Shown here piece by piece: positions 32,780 to 40,565 of a stretch of 41,871 nucleotides of DNA. The first letter of the stretch is position 1, and every line of letters begins with the position of its first letter. The notes below the pieces were generated by a model that was given only the letters and a program-made list of their open reading frames with translations, had not been told where the DNA came from and did no database searches. The stretch comes from Minisyncoccota bacterium (lineage in GTDB: Bacteria > Patescibacteriota > Minisyncoccia > Phycocordibacterales > UBA6899). The position numbers and the translations under genes were made by a program. Location of the stretch: positions 50,832 to 92,702 of the forward strand of contig DALYED010000001.1 in assembly GCA_031972735.1 (NCBI GenBank). Reading direction: 5' to 3'.

Positions 32780-35700
32780 TTAGTTTTTCATTTTTTTGAA
32801 CTCACCAGGCCAGCGGTAAAAGAATACTGGAACAAACACGAGTGTGAGTATCATCGCAAAAGTGAGCCCAAACATGATCGAGAATGCGAGCGGTCCCCAA
32901 AGTGGTGATGCAGTTGTAAGCGGTATCATACCTATGACAGTTGTGATGGTAGTGAGCACGATGGGGCGAAGACGTACTGCGGATGCTTCAACTATCGACT
33001 CATGAAGCGATAATTTATTGTCCTTATCACGAAGGATACGCAAGATTGAATCGAGAAGAATGATTGCATGGTTGATGATCACTCCAGCAAGTGCTATGAC
33101 TCCCAGCATCGATGAGAATGAAAGCGCTTGTCCCGAGAGTGCGAGTCCAAGGAATACTCCAATGAGTGAAAGGGGAATGATAAGAATAAGGTAGAGCGGA
33201 AAGCGCAGTGAATTGAATTCAAGCACGAGTATTGCGAATGCAAGGATCATGCCCGCCAACAGTGCAAACCCCATCTCACTGAATGTTTTATTGACGTCCT
33301 CATTTTCTCCACCGTACTTTACTTCAACAGATTGAGGTGTTTTAACATCAGCAAATTGTTTTTTGAATATGTTCGTCGCTTCAACTGCCGTCATGTCAGG
33401 AGAAAGCTGAGCAGAAACAGTAACGATACGCTTTCTGTCTTCATGACTGATTGCTGCACGACTTTCACTTACACTCGTGTCGATGAGTGAGCCCATTAGT
33501 ATTGTTCCTGAAGGAGTAGCGATGGGAATTTGTCTGATGCTATCAATAGTCGTTTTAATGGTGTCTTCGGGATTTACAAAGTTTGCATTAAGGTCGAGCT
33601 TCACTACAACATCGATATCTTTTTGGTCTTTTTTGATGGTAGTTGCAATATTTCCTGATACTCCAGTGCGTAGTGTCTGAGCGACCGCAGCAGCAGTGAG
33701 TCCTACTTGCGCTGCTTTGTCTCTATCAATGGCAATTTCAAACTGTGTGCCGTCATCGCGTAACGAGGTTTGGACATCAAGAGTCCCTGGGATATTTTTC
33801 AATATTTTCTCAGCCTTATCAGCTGCAATACCAAGCTCATTTAAGTCATCACCGACAAACTTGATCGCAACAGGTGCTCCTGATGGGGGACCGTTCGATG
33901 CTTGTTTAACGTGAATATCTGCATCGGTAATAGGTGCGAGTTGTTTGCGCAAATCCTCCATAATATCGTTCGAGGTTTTGTTTGCTCGATCCTTCTTGAG
34001 GATAACGGTAATATTTGCAAGCTTCGAGCCTGCTCCTGGTCCAGTGTCACTAAAGGCAGAGCTTTCTCCAACTGTCGTCACAAATGATTCGACATACTGA
34101 TTTCCATAGAGCATCTCTTCAACTTCGCGAGTCGCAAGATCGGTAACTTCAAGAACAGTACCTTGCGGTTTCTCAACCTGTACATAGATAAAATCTTGAT
34201 CACCAGCAGGGAAGAACGAAACTTTCACAAGACCGAATACAGGAAGCAGTATTGCTCCAATAAACCCAAGAAACATAAGTGAGAGAAATATGTTTTGAGA
34301 ACGACGGCTGTCGAGAATTCCACCAAGGAATGATTTGTACCATCCCTTAGCTTTTTCAAAATACACTTCCTGCATGTCTTCAAACTTGCTCTTATGTTCT
34401 TTGGTAAGCACAACTGCAATGAGTGGAACCATACCAAGTGCAACAACAAGTGATGCAATCAAGACGAAGATCAATGTGAAGGGGATAGAAGCAATGAATT
34501 TCCCGACAATACCAGAGAGGAAAAAGAGTGGTGCAAAAAAGACAACAGTAGCCATTGTGCCCGCGATAAGTGGCCATGAATATTCATTGATAGACGCAAT
34601 AGCTGCCTTCTCAGCACTTCCATGTATTTTGATACGGGTATGAATTGCTTCGGTGACCACGATACCAGAATCGACTAGAATACCGATTGCAAGAATAAGC
34701 GAAAAGAGGGAAAGAAAGTTTATGGTATTACCCGATGCATACAGACCAATGAATGCGATCACGAATGAAAGTGGGATAGAGAGAGCTGCTACCACTGATT
34801 CGCGCCACCCAATAGTGAGAATGAGCATCAATATCACAAGTCCTACCGTTTCAAGGCCGACACGAGTGAGTTCCTTCAGATCTTTTGTGACGAGTGCTCC
34901 TCGATCAAAAGAGATAACAACATTTGCTCCGATGAGCTCGGTTTTTTTAAGTTCTTCGATGCGGTTCACTACATTTTTTGCAATCAGCGTCACATCTCCA
35001 CCAGTTTTTTTGTAGATGTTCACCGTGATTGCTTGCGATGATGGCTCGCTCCCGATACTGATACGTGAATAGGATTTCGGTATTGCGAGCCCATCAGAGA
35101 CGAATGCAATATCACTCAAATAAATAGGTACTCCATTTTGAGAGGCGATTTCAAGTGGAGGGATCTGTGCTGGCTCATCTATCGAACCTGCAAACTTGAT
35201 TGGGTAGTTGATATCTGCCACCGTAATGTTTCCAATTGGGAATGATGCATTTCCTGTCGATAGTGCAGCGATCACTTGATCAACACGCAGTCCGTATTTC
35301 TCAAGGGCTTCTTTTTTGACGACTACTTGAACTTCATGCGCTCGTGTCCCAGTGACGGTAACTTTTGATACACCTTTAATTTTTTTGAGTTCATCTTTTA
35401 TGTCATCACCAAGTTTTGCAAGCGCACCTGCAGGTGCATCAACTGAGATTGAAGCGATTACGATTGGCTGATCTGCAAAATTCACTCGCGACACATTTGG
35501 TTCGTCTGCTTCTTTTGGAAGTTCAGCTTTTGCGCGGTCAACAGCATCTTTGAGGTCTTGAATTGATTTATCGACATTGGCACTAGCGGTAAACTGTGCG
35601 GTGACGACAGAAACACCCTCGAGTGAAGATGAGGTTACTTTGTCGATATTTTCTATGTTTGCAACTTCATCTTCGATCTTATTGGTGATCAATTTTTCTG

Positions 35701-35878
35701 TATCCTCTGCAGATGCACCACGCAGTGTCGTTGATACAATCCCAATAGGAACAACTACTTCAGGTGAAGATTCTTTTGGAATGGAGATCAGTGCAAAAGT
35801 ACCACTCACGGTGAGTGCAAACATTAAGAGATACGTGAATGCTCGCTTTTTGAGAAAGAATATCCAGAGGTCGTGCAT
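32780..35878 (-). CDS. RND-family efflux transporter (AcrB/HAE-like inner-membrane pump)
   Basis: 1032 aa with 12-TM RND architecture and two large extracytoplasmic loops. Starts 4 nt after the MFP gene. Confidence 0.92.
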   Translation of the reverse strand: MHDLWIFFLKKRAFTYLLMFALTVSGTFALISIPKESSPEVVVPIGIVSTTLRGASAEDTEKLITNKIEDEVANIENIDKVTSSSLEGVSVVTAQFTASANVDKSIQDLKDAVDRAKAELPKEADEPNVSRVNFADQPIVIASISVDAPAGALAKLGDDIKDELKKIKGVSKVTVTGTRAHEVQVVVKKEALEKYGLRVDQVIAALSTGNASFPIGNITVADINYPIKFAGSIDEPAQIPPLEIASQNGVPIYLSDIAFVSDGLAIPKSYSRISIGSEPSSQAITVNIYKKTGGDVTLIAKNVVNRIEELKKTELIGANVVISFDRGALVTKDLKELTRVGLETVGLVILMLILTIGWRESVVAALSIPLSFVIAFIGLYASGNTINFLSLFSLILAIGILVDSGIVVTEAIHTRIKIHGSAEKAAIASINEYSWPLIAGTMATVVFFAPLFFLSGIVGKFIASIPFTLIFVLIASLVVALGMVPLIAVVLTKEHKSKFEDMQEVYFEKAKGWYKSFLGGILDSRRSQNIFLSLMFLGFIGAILLPVFGLVKVSFFPAGDQDFIYVQVEKPQGTVLEVTDLATREVEEMLYGNQYVESFVTTVGESSAFSDTGPGAGSKLANITVILKKDRANKTSNDIMEDLRKQLAPITDADIHVKQASNGPPSGAPVAIKFVGDDLNELGIAADKAEKILKNIPGTLDVQTSLRDDGTQFEIAIDRDKAAQVGLTAAAVAQTLRTGVSGNIATTIKKDQKDIDVVVKLDLNANFVNPEDTIKTTIDSIRQIPIATPSGTILMGSLIDTSVSESRAAISHEDRKRIVTVSAQLSPDMTAVEATNIFKKQFADVKTPQSVEVKYGGENEDVNKTFSEMGFALLAGMILAFAILVLEFNSLRFPLYLILIIPLSLIGVFLGLALSGQALSFSSMLGVIALAGVIINHAIILLDSILRILRDKDNKLSLHESIVEASAVRLRPIVLTTITTVIGMIPLTTASPLWGPLAFSIMFGLTFAMILTLVFVPVFFYRWPGEFKKMKN

Positions 35879-35882
35879 GGTA

Positions 35883-37472
35883 TTAGGATTTAGTGATGGT
35901 TACTTTTTGACCATCTTTCAGACCGCGGGCGTCAGTCACAATGATCATATCAGGGGTGATTCCTTCTGTGATCACAATCTGGTCTCCGAGAAGGGTCCCG
36001 TCTTTGACACTATGCGCAACGAGCGTACTTGAACTATTTACCGTAAATACAACAGGACCAGTTGGAGTGATCTTAAGTGCCGAGAGGGGAATTTGAATCA
36101 CCGATGCTTTCTTTGTTGCTGAAGCCAGTGCTCGTGCTGCATTGATGCGCACACTCTGGCCATTGGTTAAATCACTCGTATTGCCAGTTATACCGATGCG
36201 AATTTCAATTTTTTTCGTTTTTGGATCAAGGGCAGATGCGATTCGTGTAATGACACCATTCGTCGTGTCATTAATGATGACTTTTCCTCCAACTTTAAGT
36301 ATTTTTGCATCATCGTCAGTGGCATATGCAAGAATTTCAAGTGCACCATTATTTGATACCACTGCAATATCTCCAAACGGTGCAACATAATCTCCAGTCT
36401 CAACTGCAAGAGAATTTATTGTTCCACTAATCGGACTTCGTACAATAGTCTTTTCAAGGCGTGATTGTGCCGCATTGAGTGTGCCAAGTGCAGATTTTAC
36501 ACTTGCATCTGCTGTAAGTGCAGAGCCTTGGCTACTTTGTGTAAGATTATTTGCCGCTACCTTACTTGCAGCAATACTTGCATTGAGACTGCTTCGTGCC
36601 GCTCCAATTGCGGTGAGTGATCCAGAAATACCACTACGCGCAAGTCCGTTACTTGCCCTAAATCCATCAATTCCGGATTGTGTTACGGAAGAGTCTGGGA
36701 TGGCATGGGTGAATGCGAAAGAGAGATCATCGAGATAATTTTTAATCGTACCCGTCTCACTTTCAATGGCATCTAATTCTGCTACGAGATCACTCTCTGT
36801 TGTTAGTGTGCGATTGTGTGACTCACGGTTCTTGAGCAAGTTTTCGATGGTCGCACGTACTTGTGGGAGTGCGATGGAGAGTTTTGCATCACTGGTGTTT
36901 ACAATGAATTGTGGATCACGTGTTTGTGGATTACGAAAAGCACCATCTGATTTAACGCGCACTGCATCATCAAGTGCGACATATGCAGCATTGATGGCAT
37001 TGAGTGCTGATGATTTAGCGCTTTCGAGTGAAAGATTCGCTGAGCCATTTGAAATCTCGGCTGTGTTATTTGAGAGCAAAGCTGAACCTTGCCCTGCCTT
37101 CGCAGCATCATACGCTCCACTTGCCTGAAGCAGTCCTGCGCGTTCTGCACTATTATCAAATTCGGCAATTACTTCTCCTGCGCTTACATAATCGCCAAGT
37201 TTCTTATACACCATCGCAAGCTTGCCTGATGACTCCGCTCGTACATTTGCCTCACTGCGAGACACAACAGTGCCTAAGAGTGGAAGAGGGGAAGTGTTCA
37301 GTGAAAGATCACCTACAGAAGAAAGTGTAACTCCACGATCTGCTTGTACTACTACTTCAGCATCTGGAGTAGTAGTACTCTTATAATTTACAGCAACGAG
37401 TACAATCACCACGATAATTACTATACTGGTAATTTTTTTTGTGAGTGACATATCTTTAATGAAATCAAACAT
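35883..37472 (-). CDS. Efflux membrane-fusion protein (HlyD/periplasmic adaptor family), unusually long
   Basis: 529 aa with an N-terminal TM anchor, lipoyl/barrel-sandwich-like ends (GDYVSAGEVIAEFD..., VETGDYVAPFGDIAVV) and a long Ala/Ser-rich helical insert. Confidence 0.8.
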   Translation of the reverse strand: MFDFIKDMSLTKKITSIVIIVVIVLVAVNYKSTTTPDAEVVVQADRGVTLSSVGDLSLNTSPLPLLGTVVSRSEANVRAESSGKLAMVYKKLGDYVSAGEVIAEFDNSAERAGLLQASGAYDAAKAGQGSALLSNNTAEISNGSANLSLESAKSSALNAINAAYVALDDAVRVKSDGAFRNPQTRDPQFIVNTSDAKLSIALPQVRATIENLLKNRESHNRTLTTESDLVAELDAIESETGTIKNYLDDLSFAFTHAIPDSSVTQSGIDGFRASNGLARSGISGSLTAIGAARSSLNASIAASKVAANNLTQSSQGSALTADASVKSALGTLNAAQSRLEKTIVRSPISGTINSLAVETGDYVAPFGDIAVVSNNGALEILAYATDDDAKILKVGGKVIINDTTNGVITRIASALDPKTKKIEIRIGITGNTSDLTNGQSVRINAARALASATKKASVIQIPLSALKITPTGPVVFTVNSSSTLVAHSVKDGTLLGDQIVITEGITPDMIIVTDARGLKDGQKVTITKS

Positions 37473-37489
37473 GATAATAATTTAGTTGA

Positions 37490-37942
37490 TTAAGTAACGA
37501 TTAAGTTATGAAGTACGGTGTCAAATGTTTCGGTGATACGCGTTCTGTCTTTTTCTGGGACAACTGCGAATATTTCGTGAAGTTCTTTTTCGATAACAGC
37601 GTGCGCCTTTTTGAATACCGCTTCACCTTTCGTAGTGAGTGTAAGTAGGTGTTTGCGTCGGTTTCCTTCAATCTCCTTTTTTTGGAGTAGTCCTTCTTCT
37701 GCCATTGTCGTGATATGGCGACTCACTGTAGCTTCAGTAAGGTGCAGAAAGTGTGCAACATCAGACTGTGATGCATCATCTTCGCAACGAAGTGGAAGCA
37801 TAATTAAGAATTGAGAGAAGGTAATTCCTTCTTCAGCAGCAAGTCGCTGTTCAAGACGTTTTTCGATAAGAAAATATGTCTCATGGAGGCTATACATGAA
37901 ACTCTTTGACCAATCGAGTGCATCAGTCTTTCTGCGTATCAT
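37490..37942 (-). CDS. MarR family transcriptional regulator
   Basis: 150 aa with a winged-HTH core (ITFSQFLIMLPL...QSDVAHFLHLTEATVSRHITTMAEEGLL...). It is the first gene of the MFP-RND operon. Confidence 0.85.
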   Translation of the reverse strand: MIRRKTDALDWSKSFMYSLHETYFLIEKRLEQRLAAEEGITFSQFLIMLPLRCEDDASQSDVAHFLHLTEATVSRHITTMAEEGLLQKKEIEGNRRKHLLTLTTKGEAVFKKAHAVIEKELHEIFAVVPEKDRTRITETFDTVLHNLIVT

Positions 37943-37950
37943 ACTTGAAT

Positions 37951-37968
37951 CTTAGCATACTAAGTATG
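37951..37968. promoter_or_regulatory. Overlapping palindromes upstream of marR, candidate MarR operator
   Basis: CATACT-a-AGTATG (37956-37968) and CTTAG-cata-CTAAG (37951-37964). The -10-like TAGTAT of the marR operon (minus strand) lies inside the palindrome. Confidence 0.5.
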
Positions 37969-37985
37969 AGGGGTCAATGAAGAAA

Positions 37986-39377
37986 CTATGGGAGTATTTC
38001 CTGACCTTTTTCGGTATCTTTCACGGTGTACCCGAGATGTAGTAGTTCATCACGGAGCATATCTGAAGAATTCCAGTCTTTTCTTTCTCGAGCATCACGT
38101 CTCTTTTCGAGTAGCGCAGTGATGATTGGGGGGAGAGGTGCACTTATCTTTTTTTGTACTGATGAAAGACCAAGTCCAAGAACTTCATCAAATAAAAGTA
38201 TGGTCGCTCGCTTGTCACTTGTCGTATGTCCCACATCCTTCATGAGTGTCCATATGAGTGCTATTGCGTGTGCTGTATTGAGATCATCATCAAGTGCTTC
38301 GCGAAACATCTCTACGTAGCTTGCGATAGGTGTGCCTCCCAAATCAGTGTGTTCATTGAAAAAGTTTGTGAGACGATTATATGCTGACTGTGCGCCTGCA
38401 AGTGCATCCCATGTGAAATTTACCTGCGTTCGATAGTGCGCCGTCAAAAGCCAGTAGCGGAAAGCAAGTGGCGGTATTCCTCTCTCGTGTAGATCAAGAA
38501 GTCGGTAAGTGTTACCAAGCGATTTTGACATTTTTTCTCCCTCAACATTCATAAAAGCACTGTGTAACCAAAAGCGAGCGAGTGGAAAATCGTTTGCACA
38601 CTGACTCTGTGCAATTTCGTTCGTGTGATGAACGGGAATGTGGTCTACTCCTCCCGTGTGAATATCAATAGTCCCTTCAAAGAAAGATTTGATTATTGCG
38701 GAGCATTCAATATGCCAACCAGGAAATCCACGCATGGTTATTCCAAGAGGTGAGTCCCATTCTTGTTCGCGCCTCTTTCCATCTTTTGGAGAAAATTTCC
38801 ATAATGCAAAATCAGTTGGGTTGATTTTTTCACCCATATCAACACGTAGCCCTGCTTTCATGCCTTGCACATCGAGATGCGCAAAGTCTGCATAGTTTGG
38901 GAATTTTCCTGTATCAAAATACACTCCATCAGAAGTGAGATATGCGTAGCCTTTTTGCGCAAGGAGTTCAATCATTGCTTTCTGCTCATTTACATAATGA
39001 GTTGCACGAGGGTAGTTTTTTGCAGGAAGAATCTCGAGTGCTTTAAGGTCAGCTAAAAATGCATCCGAATATTGAGTGATGATCTCCTCGACGTGCTTAC
39101 CTTCACGTCGCGCCCCGATTTCAATCTTGTCATCTCCCTCATCTTGATCAGAAACAAGGTGTCCAACATCAGTTATGTTTACAACCTGAGAAACTGTGAA
39201 TCCTTTGCTCTCGAGCGTCCTGCGCAAAATATCTGCAAAGACATACGCACGCAGATTGCCTACATGAACGTAATTGTAGACTGTTGGTCCGCAATTATAC
39301 ATTTTTACATGTGGGGGTGTGATAGGGGAGAATTCCTCCATGTTGCGACTAGCGGTATTGTACAACTTGAGTGCCAT
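37986..39377 (-). CDS. cysS: Cysteinyl-tRNA synthetase
   Basis: 463 aa, class I. HIGH-type motif (YVHVGNLR) and KMSKS (GEKMSKSLGN). Confidence 0.95.
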   Translation of the reverse strand: MALKLYNTASRNMEEFSPITPPHVKMYNCGPTVYNYVHVGNLRAYVFADILRRTLESKGFTVSQVVNITDVGHLVSDQDEGDDKIEIGARREGKHVEEIITQYSDAFLADLKALEILPAKNYPRATHYVNEQKAMIELLAQKGYAYLTSDGVYFDTGKFPNYADFAHLDVQGMKAGLRVDMGEKINPTDFALWKFSPKDGKRREQEWDSPLGITMRGFPGWHIECSAIIKSFFEGTIDIHTGGVDHIPVHHTNEIAQSQCANDFPLARFWLHSAFMNVEGEKMSKSLGNTYRLLDLHERGIPPLAFRYWLLTAHYRTQVNFTWDALAGAQSAYNRLTNFFNEHTDLGGTPIASYVEMFREALDDDLNTAHAIALIWTLMKDVGHTTSDKRATILLFDEVLGLGLSSVQKKISAPLPPIITALLEKRRDARERKDWNSSDMLRDELLHLGYTVKDTEKGQEILP

Positions 39378-39534
39378 ATGCTGATTAAATCATTATATCT
39401 GAAAATTCTCCATATTTGGTCAAGATAAATAGGTAGTGAGACTCGACAGTTGCGAGCATCAATATAAAGACGCGTGTTTGGGCCGGTGACAATGCCTCGC
39501 TTGTATTTAGCGCAAAAATGCCAGTTTTTGCTGA

Positions 39535-40446
39535 TTACAGCCACTTGCGACTACGAAAGAAAAGGAAAGCTATCACCATGATCGAGATCATGAGTCCAAG
39601 TACGGTCCACCATCCATATGGATGAGTCATGAGCGGAATAAACTTTGTGTTCATACTAAAGACCTGACTGAGTAGTGTTGCAGGTAAGACTGAAAATGAC
39701 GTAATCGTCAGTACTTTCATAATCTCATTTGTTTTCGTAGTAAGGAGAGAGTCGTTGGTGACACGAAGATCACTCAATATTTCTCGCTGGTCTTCGAGTA
39801 GCTCTTCTACTTTATAGTATTCGCCAACAATATTGTCGGTATAATGTCGAAATTCTTTTCCATAAAATTCTTCGCAGGCAATACCAAGCGAAGTGAGTAC
39901 TGGTTTGTGTAAGCGAAGTGCGCGATGAAATGCGAGTAGGTCGCGATGGATATTTGAAAGTGTTTCAACCATCGCACGCTCTTCTCCTCCAAAGATCCGA
40001 TCCTCGACATCCTTGAGACTTTCGGCAATGATCGAGAGTTCATGTTGAAGCGAGGAGTATATTTTGCGAATCATGTAAAAAAACAAATAACCAGCATGTT
40101 CTCCAATATCACTTTTGTCGAGAATTGAATTTACTTCAAATACTTTGGAAAATTTATGGAGTGGATCAAGGAGTTCGTATCGTACGGTAATGATAAATTT
40201 CTTACCGATGATGAAGTCAACTTCTTGTGTTGCATTTGAGTGGCTGTGGCGAATGGCAGGGAAGTGGAGAATGAGATAGATAAAATTCTCGTAGTGGTCT
40301 ACTTTAGGACGGAGAGAAGGGGTGAGGAGTTCGTCTGCAACGATAGGATGAATATCATATTCTTCCATGAGCGAACGGATTTCCTCATGAGAAGGGCGCT
40401 CGACATCGATCCAAGTTAAATCACGATACTTATTGCGTAAGATCAT
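39535..40446 (-). CDS. corA: CorA-family divalent cation transporter with SMN in place of the GMN signature
   Basis: 303 aa with a cytoplasmic funnel domain and two C-terminal TM helices. The signature position reads VFSMNT (39649-39657). C-terminal KWL. Confidence 0.85.
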   Translation of the reverse strand: MILRNKYRDLTWIDVERPSHEEIRSLMEEYDIHPIVADELLTPSLRPKVDHYENFIYLILHFPAIRHSHSNATQEVDFIIGKKFIITVRYELLDPLHKFSKVFEVNSILDKSDIGEHAGYLFFYMIRKIYSSLQHELSIIAESLKDVEDRIFGGEERAMVETLSNIHRDLLAFHRALRLHKPVLTSLGIACEEFYGKEFRHYTDNIVGEYYKVEELLEDQREILSDLRVTNDSLLTTKTNEIMKVLTITSFSVLPATLLSQVFSMNTKFIPLMTHPYGWWTVLGLMISIMVIAFLFFRSRKWL

Positions 40447-40529
40447 CTCTTTTATTATACGAAGATAATTCCATGTTGGCTATGTGTGAATTTTGAATAT
40501 TTCGCATAACTGTTAATAACGTTATCAAT

Positions 40530-40558
40530 TTGTAAATTATAGTTAACTTTGCGATAAT
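40530..40558 (+). promoter_or_regulatory. Promoter candidate for ctp: TTGTAA-17-GATAAT
   Basis: TTGTAA at 40530-40535, a 17-nt spacer and GATAAT at 40553-40558. ATG lies 7 nt downstream, with no SD. Confidence 0.6.
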
Positions 40559-40565
40559 AGTTCGC

